NCBI GenBank assembly: GCA_029571225.1
Contig: JAKPTF010000013.1
Location: 16,344 to 80,343 of the forward strand
Length of the DNA: 64,000 nt
Source: Candidatus Omnitrophota bacterium
GTDB taxonomy: Bacteria > Omnitrophota > Gorgyraeia > Gygaellales > Profunditerraquicolaceae
Reading direction: 5' to 3'
The notes under the pieces were generated by a model. It was not told the origin of the DNA, did not search any database, and saw nothing but the letters and a program-made list of their open reading frames with translations. Every line of letters begins with the position of its first letter. The first letter of the stretch is position 1. This document shows positions 47,151-55,671 of the stretch, piece after piece. The translations under genes were made by a program, and so were the position numbers.

Positions 47151-47185
47151 AGACGGCTGATTAAAAACAATGAGGAGGTAACGCA

Positions 47186-48727
47186 ATGTCAGAAGACAGA
47201 AACACGATGGAGCAGTTGTACAACGAAAGCATCAGAATGATCAATGAGGGCGCGATCGTCAAAGGGAAGATCGTGTCTTTGAAGCAGAAGGAGGTTCTTG
47301 TAGACGTCGGGTTCAAATCCGAAGGCGTGGTCCCGATAACCGAGTTCAAGCCGGAAGAGCTGGTCGTGGGCAAAGAGCTTGATTTTTTCGTCAACTCTAT
47401 AGAAGACGATTCGGGCATGATATCGCTTTCTCACGAGAAGGCGCGCTGCATGCAGGGATGGGATTCGATCGTGGCGCACTCGGTTTCCGGAGAGCTCATG
47501 GACGGCAGGCCGGTCAAGAAGGTCAAGGGCGGGTTTATCGTCGATGTCATGGGCATGGAAGGATTCCTGCCTGCCTCGCTGTCCGCGTTCAAGGGCATGA
47601 TGGATAAGGATATTCTCGGCCGGACGTTCAAGTTCAAGATCATCAAGATCAACAAACTGCGTTACGGGATCATCCTGTCGCGCCGCGAGGCTATTCAGAA
47701 GGAACGCGAAGAGGCGCGTGAAAGGATCTGGAAAGATCTCAAGATCGGCAATATTTATCCTGGAACCGTCAAGGCGATCACCGATTTTGGCGCGTTCATC
47801 GACCTGGGCGGTGTAGACGGCCTTTTGCATATCACCGATATGTCGTGGTCGAAGATATCCCACCCGTCCGAGATTGTCGCCGTCGGGGACAGGATCGAGG
47901 TTATGCTTTTGAATATGGACCGCGAATCGGGCAAGATATCGCTTGGCCTTAAACAGAGGCTTCCTGATCCGTGGCAGGATATCGGCAATAAATATGTCGT
48001 CCGATCGCAGGTCAAGGGCAAGGTCGTAAATATACTGCCCTACGGCGTATTCGTCGAGCTTGAGAAAGGGATCGAGGGGCTGATCCATATTTCCGAGATA
48101 TCCTGGACAAAGAAGATCAACAATCCGGGAGAGGTTTTTGCCATCGGCGATATGGTAGAGGCGATTGTCCTGACAGTGGACAAGGATGCGCGGAGGATCG
48201 CCCTGTCCATCAAACAGATGGAGCAGAACCCCTGGGTAGATGCCGATTCGAAATTCCCGGTCGGCACGCATGTGTCGGGAAAGGTGAAGTCTTTTACCAA
48301 ATACGGCGTGTTTGTCGAACTTGACTCAAACCTCGAGGGCATGATTCACATCTCGGACCTGTCATGGACAAAGCGTATCGCAAATCCGCAGGACGTGCTA
48401 AAAAAGGGCCAGAAGGTGGATGTGGTCATCCTATCGGTAGATTCACAGAATCAGCGAATCGCGCTCGGGTTGAAACAGCTTCAGACCAATCCGTGGCCCG
48501 AGATTGCGCAGAAATTCCCGCTGGAGACTGTGCTTGAGACCGAGGTCGTCAGCATCACCGATTTCGGCGTGTTCGTCAAGATCAACGAGGAGCTTGAAGG
48601 CCTCGTGTTCACCAATGAGATCGAACAGGACAGGCTCAAGTCGCTCAAGCCTGGTGACAAGGTCCGCGTCAAGATCATAAAGGTCGACGTAGATCAGGGC
48701 AAGATCGGCCTATCCGCCAAGCTTTAA
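47186..48727 (+). CDS. rpsA: 30S ribosomal protein S1
   Basis: Repeated S1 domains (G.V..I.DFGAFIDLGGVDGLLHI..., YGVFVELE.GIEGLIHISE...), 513 aa. GAGGAGG RBS. Confidence 0.9.
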   Translation: MSEDRNTMEQLYNESIRMINEGAIVKGKIVSLKQKEVLVDVGFKSEGVVPITEFKPEELVVGKELDFFVNSIEDDSGMISLSHEKARCMQGWDSIVAHSVSGELMDGRPVKKVKGGFIVDVMGMEGFLPASLSAFKGMMDKDILGRTFKFKIIKINKLRYGIILSRREAIQKEREEARERIWKDLKIGNIYPGTVKAITDFGAFIDLGGVDGLLHITDMSWSKISHPSEIVAVGDRIEVMLLNMDRESGKISLGLKQRLPDPWQDIGNKYVVRSQVKGKVVNILPYGVFVELEKGIEGLIHISEISWTKKINNPGEVFAIGDMVEAIVLTVDKDARRIALSIKQMEQNPWVDADSKFPVGTHVSGKVKSFTKYGVFVELDSNLEGMIHISDLSWTKRIANPQDVLKKGQKVDVVILSVDSQNQRIALGLKQLQTNPWPEIAQKFPLETVLETEVVSITDFGVFVKINEELEGLVFTNEIEQDRLKSLKPGDKVRVKIIKVDVDQGKIGLSAKL

Positions 48728-48752
48728 AAATGGGGTCCGTCCCCATTTTTTG
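48726..48752 (+). terminator. Rho-independent terminator after rpsA
   Basis: AAAAATGGGG-TCCGT-CCCCATTTTT, a 10-bp perfect stem followed by TT. Confidence 0.8.
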
Positions 48753-48769
48753 TTAATAACTCTGCGGAT

Positions 48770-48794
48770 AAAAGGTGGGGACGGACCCCTTTTG
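48770..48794 (+). other. Second hairpin, inverted copy of the rpsA terminator core, just upstream of tyrS
   Basis: AAAAGGTGGGG-ACGGA-CCCCTTTTG. TGGGGACGGACCCC (48776-48789) is the exact reverse complement of GGGGTCCGTCCCCA (48732-48745). Confidence 0.5.
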
Positions 48795-48808
48795 TTCAAA
48801 AGGTGCGT

Positions 48809-49975
48809 ATGGATATTCAAAAACAGGTCGAGATCATTAAACGCGGCGCTGCGGGGATCGTTTCCGAGGAGGAACTGGTAAAGAAGCTTGAGGCCGCGCA
48901 GAAAGAGAATCGCCCGCTGCGTATCAAGGCCGGCTTTGACCCGACAGCCCCCGATATCCATATCGGCCATACGGTGCTTTTGCGGAAGCTGCGCCAATTC
49001 CAGGACCTCGGCCATGAGGTCTATTTCCTCATCGGAGACTTTACCGCTCAGATCGGGGACCCGACCGGAAGGTCGGCGATACGCAAGACCTTGAGCAAAG
49101 AAGAAGCCAGGGAGAACGCCAGGACCTATCAGATGCAGGTTTCGAAGATACTTGACCTCGATAAGATCAAGGTCGTGTTCAACAGCGACTGGTTCGAGAA
49201 AATGTCGGTCGCCCGGTTCCTCGGCCTGACCATGCACACTACAGTGTCGCAGATGGCTCAGCGCGAGGATTTCAAAAAACGGCTTGACAATAACCAGGAC
49301 GTCTCGCTTCTGGAGTTCATGTATCCGATACTGCAGGGGTACGATTCCGTGTTCCTGCACGCTGACGTAGAGCTAGGCGGCACCGACCAGATATTCAATC
49401 TTCTGCAGGGCAGGGAAATGCAGCGCGATTTCGGCCAGGAACCGCAGGTTGTCATCACCATGCCGCTTCTGGAGGGCACTGACGGCGTGAACAAGATGAG
49501 CAAGTCTCTGGGCAATTACGTCGCCATCAATGACAGGCCGCAGGACATGTTCGGAAAGCTTATGTCAATCTCCGATGAGCTCATGGTGAAGTATTACACG
49601 CTTTTGACCGACGAAAATATAGATGCGGTCAGGGCCATGCATCCGAAGGATGCCAAGGTTAAACTCGCCAAATTGATCATTACGCAGTATTATTCGTCCA
49701 ACATAGCCGAACAGGCCGCGGAGGAGTTCAGCCGCGTTTTTTCGTCCGGAGAGCTTCCGCAGGACATGCCGGAATTCAGGATTTCAGGTGAAATGCCCAT
49801 TGTTGATGTCGTGGTTGCCAGCGGCCAGGTCAAGAGCAAAAACGAAGTCCGCAGGCTCATCCAGCAGGGCGGCCTGGTATTTGAAGGGCAAAGGGTGTCG
49901 GACGTTAATGCGAAGGTCTCTGCCCCGGGAGTGCTTAAGATAGGGTCGCGCCGTTTCCTCAGGATAATTGCATGA
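48809..49975 (+). CDS. tyrS: Tyrosine--tRNA ligase
   Basis: HIGH motif (DIHIGHTV), KMSKS motif (KMSKSLGN), and a C-terminal S4-like domain. GTG 48803 is an alternative start. Confidence 0.92.
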   Translation: MDIQKQVEIIKRGAAGIVSEEELVKKLEAAQKENRPLRIKAGFDPTAPDIHIGHTVLLRKLRQFQDLGHEVYFLIGDFTAQIGDPTGRSAIRKTLSKEEARENARTYQMQVSKILDLDKIKVVFNSDWFEKMSVARFLGLTMHTTVSQMAQREDFKKRLDNNQDVSLLEFMYPILQGYDSVFLHADVELGGTDQIFNLLQGREMQRDFGQEPQVVITMPLLEGTDGVNKMSKSLGNYVAINDRPQDMFGKLMSISDELMVKYYTLLTDENIDAVRAMHPKDAKVKLAKLIITQYYSSNIAEQAAEEFSRVFSSGELPQDMPEFRISGEMPIVDVVVASGQVKSKNEVRRLIQQGGLVFEGQRVSDVNAKVSAPGVLKIGSRRFLRIIA

Positions 49976-50322
49976 TGGATATCATCAGGTCCAGGATTTC
50001 ACGCCAGGAATTGATAGCAAGGTATCTGACCCATTTTGAAACGGCCAGCAAGGCGGTCATTGACGTGAAACGCGGGATATTGGCGCTTGACGCCGAGCTG
50101 CACTCGGACCTTGAGGCCGCTTTGCTCAAGGACGGCTCCGTGCAGGATGACCTCTGGGGCATTAACCTGTATCCGCATAAGGAACGGAAGGATTTCATCG
50201 AGTACACGTCCCTGATCAACATCAGGCCTCATCAGGGCAATAAGAGCATGGTTGTCAGTGATCCGGCAGTCCGCGACCGAATATCCAGTGTAATCGACAC
50301 CCTAATTGACTATGGCGCTTAA
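49972..50322 (+). CDS. DUF5674-like protein
   Basis: [41 protein letters not shown]...[11 protein letters not shown] matches my recollection of the DUF5674 pattern. ATGA overlap with tyrS. Confidence 0.5.
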   Translation: MMDIIRSRISRQELIARYLTHFETASKAVIDVKRGILALDAELHSDLEAALLKDGSVQDDLWGINLYPHKERKDFIEYTSLINIRPHQGNKSMVVSDPAVRDRISSVIDTLIDYGA

Positions 50323-50656
50323 ATATCACGCGACGCTGACGCCCCAACGGTGGCAGTCATTCGGTTTCACCCGGCAGGTCCTTATGATCGCCAATGAATT
50401 GAACCGCGCGGGTGCCTGGCTCGAGAAGTCCGACGTTGAAGAGGCAAAACGCTCGTATGAGCGAGCTATGGAACTGACATATCTGACCATAGGCCTGCAG
50501 AAGGATGAAGGGCGCCTGCGGGAGCTTGCGCGGTTCAAGGAGGCCCTCGCCGGCCTCTATATTGACGAGTCGCCAGACGTCCGGGATAACGCGTTGCTGC
50601 TTCGCGTGCTCATTATGTTAGACGGCGCCAGCTTCGCGTCGCTAGACCACTCTTGA
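50312..50656 (+). CDS. Hypothetical helical protein, translationally coupled to the DUF5674 gene
   Basis: ATG 50312 (or TTG 50306) overlaps the DUF5674 stop. The sequence looks helical (VLMIANELNRAGAWLEK, AKRSYERAMELTYLTIG). I recognise no motif. Confidence 0.35.
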   Translation: MALKYHATLTPQRWQSFGFTRQVLMIANELNRAGAWLEKSDVEEAKRSYERAMELTYLTIGLQKDEGRLRELARFKEALAGLYIDESPDVRDNALLLRVLIMLDGASFASLDHS

Positions 50657-50668
50657 GAAGGGGGGTAT

Positions 50669-52051
50669 ATGGCAAGCCACGATTATGCTGTGCTTCTGGC
50701 AGGCGGACAGGGAAGCAGGTTCTGGCCGCAAAGCAGGACGCTTGAGCCAAAGCAGTTTCTGTCCCTTCACCAGGATAAAAGCCTTTTTGAGCAGACTATC
50801 CTTCGTATCCTTCCCCTCATGCCCGGCCAGAATATTTTCATAGCCACGTCCGAATTATACCGCAGCCAGATCTGCGAGATCCTTAAACCTTACCGGATAC
50901 CCCAGGAAAATATCATATACGAGCCTGACGGAAGGAATACCGCGCCCTCGATCGGCGTCTGCGCAGCCCTCATTCACCGCAGGGATCCGCATAGCCGCAT
51001 CGCAGTTCTTCCGTGCGACCACCTGATAAAAAACAAAAAAAGGTTCCTTCAGTTGCTGCGCAAGGCGCTGGCTCTTTGCGATCGCAATATCGTGATCCTG
51101 GGTATCCCGCCGACCAGGCCTGCGACCGGGTACGGGTATATCCAGCGCGGCAAAGGAATGTCAGTCAAACGTTTTACCGAGAAGCCCTGTCTCACAACTG
51201 CCAGGAGGTTCGTCTCAAGCGGCGATTATTACTGGAACGGCGGTATTTTTGTTGGGTCCAGCGCCGTGTTCCTCAGGGCGTTCAGGGAGCACCTGCCGCA
51301 GATATACCGCCTCTTCCCTGCGATAGGGCGGCCAGCGGATATCTCCGGTGTCTGGAAAAAGATGCCGTCGATATCCTTCGATTACGGCATACTTGAAAAA
51401 AACAGAGACCTTATCATGATATCCGCCTCAGGGCTCGGGTGGTCTGACCTCGGCTCATGGCAGGCATGGGACGAGTTGTTGCCCAGGGATAAGCAGGGCA
51501 ATGTGATGAAGGCGGATGTGGTCAATATAGACAGCAGGAACATAACCGTTGTAGGCTCAAGCCGGCTCATTGCGACCATTGGCCTTGATAACCTCGTCAT
51601 CGTAGATACGCCCGACGCGCTGCTCGTTACGAGAAAAGACAGGACTGAAGAGGTAAAGAAGGTCGTTGATAGCCTGAAGGCTGCAAGGCGCCAGGAACAT
51701 TACGTGCATAAAACTGCCAGGCGGCCATGGGGTTCTTATACCGTGCTTGACACGGGAGACGGATTCAAGGTAAAGCAGGTCGAGGTCAAGCCCGGGTGTG
51801 CATTGAGCCTGCAGTACCATAAAAAACGCAGCGAGCACTGGGTTGTCGTCGAAGGAACGGCAAAGATCGTCAGGGGGGGGAAGAGTTTTATTTTCGGTGC
51901 TAACGAGAGCACTTACATTCCCGTCGGCTGCAAGCACAGGCTTTGTAATCCGTCAAAAAACCAGGTATTGAAGATTATCGAAGTGCAGGCAGGAAGGTAT
52001 CTCGAGGAAGACGATATCGTGCGGTTGAAGGACGATTTCGGCAGGAAGTAA
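50669..52051 (+). CDS. manC: Mannose-1-phosphate guanylyltransferase / mannose-6-phosphate isomerase (bifunctional)
   Basis: LAGGQGSRFWP nucleotidyltransferase loop. C-terminal cupin (GSYTVLDTGDGFKVKQVEVKPG...HKKRSEHWVVVEG). Confidence 0.9.
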   Translation: MASHDYAVLLAGGQGSRFWPQSRTLEPKQFLSLHQDKSLFEQTILRILPLMPGQNIFIATSELYRSQICEILKPYRIPQENIIYEPDGRNTAPSIGVCAALIHRRDPHSRIAVLPCDHLIKNKKRFLQLLRKALALCDRNIVILGIPPTRPATGYGYIQRGKGMSVKRFTEKPCLTTARRFVSSGDYYWNGGIFVGSSAVFLRAFREHLPQIYRLFPAIGRPADISGVWKKMPSISFDYGILEKNRDLIMISASGLGWSDLGSWQAWDELLPRDKQGNVMKADVVNIDSRNITVVGSSRLIATIGLDNLVIVDTPDALLVTRKDRTEEVKKVVDSLKAARRQEHYVHKTARRPWGSYTVLDTGDGFKVKQVEVKPGCALSLQYHKKRSEHWVVVEGTAKIVRGGKSFIFGANESTYIPVGCKHRLCNPSKNQVLKIIEVQAGRYLEEDDIVRLKDDFGRK

Positions 52052-52082
52052 ACCCGTTAACATATTTATAAGGAGCGCTACA

Positions 52083-53390
52083 ATGCAAAAGGCAGCTGTG
52101 ATAGGCGCAGGATACGTCGGCCTTGTCACCGCAACATGCCTCGCTGAATTGGGGCACAGGGTCATATGCGTTGACAACGACCGGAAAAAGCTTCAGGGCT
52201 TGAAAAAAGGGCGTATTCCCATTTTTGAACCCGGGCTGACTGAGCTGGTGCATAGGAACCAGAAGGCTAAACGGCTGGTTTTTTCGAGCAGTATCGCGGA
52301 TGCGACAAAAGGGTCGCAGGTCATCTTTATCTGCGTCAACACCCCGCCGCTTCCCGACGGCGGCGCAGACCTGTCCATGGTAGAGCGTGTCGCCTCGGAG
52401 ATCGGCCGCGCCATGAATGAGTACAAGGTCATTGTCGGCAAGAGCACGGTGCCCGCGGAGACCCATGAGAAGATCAAGAGGACCGTCCGCATGATCACCA
52501 AGGGCAAGGGCGACTTTGACGTTGCCTCAAACCCCGAGTTCCTGCGCGAGGGACATGCGGTGGAGGATACGCTGCATCCGGACCGTATTGTCGTGGGAGT
52601 CGAAAGCAAGCGCGCGGAAAAGATCATGCGGGACCTGTACCGGCCCATCAAGGCTCCGCTTCTGGTTACGAACATCACGACCGCAGAGATCATCAAGCAC
52701 GCGTGCAATTCGTTCCTCTCGACAAAAATCTCATACATAAACGCGGTCGCCAATATCTGCGAGCGCGTCAACGCTGACGTGGAGAAGGTTGCCGAAGGCA
52801 TGGGATTCGACAGGAGGATCTCCAGGCATTTCCTCAATGCCGGAGCCGGTTTCGGCGGCAACTGTTTCCCCAAGGACCTTGACGCGTTTATACATCTGGC
52901 TGAAACGAAGGGTTACAATTTTGAGCTCCTCAAGGCAGTCCGGAAGATTAATCACGACCAGAAAAAGCTTATACTTAAAAAAATAGCAGACGCTTTGTGG
53001 ATCATAAAGGGAAAGACGATAGCGGTTCTCGGATTGAGCTTCAAGGCATTGACAGACGATATCCGCAATTCAATAGCAATCGATATGGTCAATCTGCTCA
53101 GGGACGAAGGCGCCAGGATACGCGCCTATGATCCTCAGGCGCTTGAAAAGGCAAAGCAGTCGCTTAAGGGCGTTACCCTGTGCAAAGACGCCTATGATGC
53201 CTGCAGGGGCGCCGACTGCTGCCTGGTCATGACCGAATGGGACGAGTTCAGAAAACTCGATATCGCTAAACTAAAGAAGCATCTCCGCCAGCCCGTAGTG
53301 ATAGATGCAAGGAACATCTATGACCCGCGGACGATGGTTGACGCGGGGTTCGTTTACAAGTGCATCGGAAGGGGAAGCGCGTTTGCATGA
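52083..53390 (+). CDS. ugd: UDP-glucose 6-dehydrogenase
   Basis: VIGAGYVGLVTATCLAELGH Rossmann motif, catalytic GFGGNCFPKD. Confidence 0.9.
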   Translation: MQKAAVIGAGYVGLVTATCLAELGHRVICVDNDRKKLQGLKKGRIPIFEPGLTELVHRNQKAKRLVFSSSIADATKGSQVIFICVNTPPLPDGGADLSMVERVASEIGRAMNEYKVIVGKSTVPAETHEKIKRTVRMITKGKGDFDVASNPEFLREGHAVEDTLHPDRIVVGVESKRAEKIMRDLYRPIKAPLLVTNITTAEIIKHACNSFLSTKISYINAVANICERVNADVEKVAEGMGFDRRISRHFLNAGAGFGGNCFPKDLDAFIHLAETKGYNFELLKAVRKINHDQKKLILKKIADALWIIKGKTIAVLGLSFKALTDDIRNSIAIDMVNLLRDEGARIRAYDPQALEKAKQSLKGVTLCKDAYDACRGADCCLVMTEWDEFRKLDIAKLKKHLRQPVVIDARNIYDPRTMVDAGFVYKCIGRGSAFA

Positions 53391-53400
53391 GGGTTTATCC

Positions 53401-54363
53401 ATGAATATACTCTTGACCGGTGGGGCAGGGTTTCTGGGGTCGCATCTCTGCCGCAGGTTTCTGGCAGACGGCAATCGCGTTATCTGCGTTGACAATTTTA
53501 TCACCGGAAGCTATGACAATATCCGGGACCTTCAAAGAGATACGCGCTTCAGGCTGATCAGGCACGATATAACCAAGACGTTGTTCGTGCCGGGCAGGAT
53601 AGACTGGGTTATGCATTTCGCATCGCCTGCGTCGCCCAAGGATTATCTGATGCATCCCATCAAGACGGTCAAGGTCGGGACCCTCGGCACGCATACTTGC
53701 CTCGGGATCGCGAGGGAAAAGAAGGCGAAATTCTTTCTTGCCTCGACGTCCGAGGTGTACGGCGATCCCCAGGTTAATCCGCAGCCGGAGTCTTACTGGG
53801 GTCACGTGAACCCGATCGGCGAGCGGTCATGTTACGACGAATCCAAGCGCGCGGCAGAGGCCATGACGTTCGCATACTGGAGGGAGCACGGGATCGATAT
53901 CAGGGTCATCCGCATATTCAACACCTACGGCCCGCGCATGCGCTTCGACGACGGAAGGGTTATTTCGAATTTCGTCTATCAGGCGCTCACCGGCAAGGAC
54001 ATTACCGTGTACGGCAAGGGTTCGTATACCCGCTCGTTCTGCTACGTTGACGATCTCGTTGAGGGTATATGCCGCTTTATGAAAGTGAAGCATACCGGGC
54101 CGTTGAACCTGGGCACCACATACGAGTTTACGGTGCTTGAGCTTGCCAGGAAAGTCATCAAACTTACGGGCTCAAAATCCAGGATCGTGTACCTGCCTCT
54201 TCCCAAGGATGACCCGAAGCAAAGAAGGCCGGATCTTTCAATGGCCAGGAAACTGCTTAAATGGGAGCCAAAGGTCAGCCTCGATGAGGGGTTGAAAAGG
54301 ACCATTAACTGGTTCAGGGAAGAGATAGATTCCCGCAAGGTCCGTACAACTCCTGTTCAGTAG
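53401..54363 (+). CDS. UDP-glucuronate decarboxylase (UDP-xylose synthase)
   Basis: ILLTGGAGFLGSHL, ASTSEVYGDP, YDESKRAAE (the SDR YxxxK motif). It follows ugd. Confidence 0.88.
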   Translation: MNILLTGGAGFLGSHLCRRFLADGNRVICVDNFITGSYDNIRDLQRDTRFRLIRHDITKTLFVPGRIDWVMHFASPASPKDYLMHPIKTVKVGTLGTHTCLGIAREKKAKFFLASTSEVYGDPQVNPQPESYWGHVNPIGERSCYDESKRAAEAMTFAYWREHGIDIRVIRIFNTYGPRMRFDDGRVISNFVYQALTGKDITVYGKGSYTRSFCYVDDLVEGICRFMKVKHTGPLNLGTTYEFTVLELARKVIKLTGSKSRIVYLPLPKDDPKQRRPDLSMARKLLKWEPKVSLDEGLKRTINWFREEIDSRKVRTTPVQ

Positions 54364-54380
54364 CATATCCCTAGTCTGCG

Positions 54381-55394
54381 GTGAGATATTCCTCGGATAT
54401 AAAAACCAACCGTTTGCGCATAGTCCGTCAGGGAAGGTCAGCCTGCATCGACGGCGCCTGGCGCATTTCCTCCGGAAACAGTCTTGAGTATTGGCTTAAC
54501 AGCCCTGCGCAATGGAAGCGCACGAGCGGCCTTCCCCCGAAGATTTCATTTGACGGGAAATGGAAGCTGTCGGAGCAGGACGACCTGCAGTTGTCCGTCG
54601 CCAGAGCATCGTACATGCCCGAGGCGATTTCAGGGCTATCCCGTATAACCCTCAACGGCAGGATCATTTCTGCCGAACAGGATTCCCTGGTATTCGAAAC
54701 CAGGTCCATAGACGACAACGGGAATCTTCATGCTGGCCTGTTAAGGCTGACGGGCTCATGGGGCACCGATGATTCCAACAGGATAACGTTCAGGGTTTGC
54801 AGGCGTGCAGAGCCGGATACGCTCACGCTTTCAGGCTCGTGGTTCATCAACGATTCACAGCATATAACCTATACGATGGAAAAACGCGGCCTTGCCGGCG
54901 GGGACAGGTCAGCATCATCGGTCGAATTTGCCGGCTACTGGAACATTGATTCATCAAAACGCGTTGCTTACATCCTCCAGGGAAACGGCGCGTCGCGTTT
55001 TGATCTCAAAGCGCAGATTGAGACCCCAAACGTATATCCCCAGGCAGGCGTTATAAAATACCGGCTCGGAGCGGGGATTCGCGGCCAGGGTGGCAGGATA
55101 CCGCGGGTAATATGCCTCTATGGCCAGTGGAAGATAGGCAGGAAGCTGGGCGTCTCGTACGAGATGGAATATGAGAAGGGCAGGATCAGGTCGATCGAGT
55201 TCGGCGGACGCGTTGATCTGTCGCGTAAAGACAGAATTGAACTCAGCCTGCTCAACGCGCGCGGCGAAGCTATCGGCGCGCGGCTCATATTCACGCGAAG
55301 GTTTCTCAAGGCACTTGACGCCGAGCTTTTTCTACGTTTGAAGCAGGCCGGCAAGGAGAGGTCCATCGATGCCGGCGTAACCATTCCATTCTAA
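54381..55394 (+). CDS. Hypothetical protein built of ~8 G-x-W beta-hairpin-like repeats
   Basis: GTG start with no obvious SD, so the start is uncertain. Repeats: IDGAWRISSGNSLEYWL, FDGKWKLSEQDDLQLSV, LTGSWGTDDSNRITFRV, LSGSWFINDSQHITYTM, FAGYWNIDSSKRVAYIL, LYGQWKIGRKLGVSYEM, plus degenerate copies. No signal peptide. The protein ends ...GVTIPF. Confidence 0.4.
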   Translation: MRYSSDIKTNRLRIVRQGRSACIDGAWRISSGNSLEYWLNSPAQWKRTSGLPPKISFDGKWKLSEQDDLQLSVARASYMPEAISGLSRITLNGRIISAEQDSLVFETRSIDDNGNLHAGLLRLTGSWGTDDSNRITFRVCRRAEPDTLTLSGSWFINDSQHITYTMEKRGLAGGDRSASSVEFAGYWNIDSSKRVAYILQGNGASRFDLKAQIETPNVYPQAGVIKYRLGAGIRGQGGRIPRVICLYGQWKIGRKLGVSYEMEYEKGRIRSIEFGGRVDLSRKDRIELSLLNARGEAIGARLIFTRRFLKALDAELFLRLKQAGKERSIDAGVTIPF

Positions 55395-55406
55395 AAAAGG
55401 AGCTAT

Positions 55407-55661
55407 ATGAACTGGGAGATCGTGGGGTTTACTGCGGCATTGATGACGTCCTTCGGATTCCTGCCGCAGGTCATCAAGATATATAAGACAAAGTCTGTCC
55501 AGGACATAAGCCTGCTGGCGCTCGTCCAGTTCGCCGTCGGGATCTCGCTGTGGGTCGCCTACGGCGCGCACCTGCGCAACATAGTCATCATCACAGCCAA
55601 TACCGTTACTCTTCTGGTTTTATGCGCGGCGTTTGTACTGTATTTTCTTTACAGAAAATAG
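55407..55661 (+). CDS. SemiSWEET / PQ-loop family sugar transporter
   Basis: 84 aa, 3 TM, PQ motif (FGFLPQVIKIYKTKS). AAGGAG RBS. Confidence 0.7.
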   Translation: MNWEIVGFTAALMTSFGFLPQVIKIYKTKSVQDISLLALVQFAVGISLWVAYGAHLRNIVIITANTVTLLVLCAAFVLYFLYRK

Positions 55662-55671
55662 GAGGGCTTTG

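Noticed and set aside
47189-48271. A 360-aa - strand ORF antisense to rpsA. Similar long - strand ORFs occur at 9291-9977, 14451-15359, 18595-19593, 33226-33894, 37728-38627 and 11954-12844.
   Set aside because: Each overlaps a confidently identified + strand gene (rpsA, miaA/hflX, grpE/dnaK, DUF1015, pilP/pilQ, rng, clpB). None has recognisable domains. They are treated as frame-shadow artefacts.
48728-48808. A possible T-box leader upstream of tyrS.
   Set aside because: The spacer is only about 80 nt and lacks a specifier-loop or T-box consensus. Known T-box leaders are about 200 nt or more.
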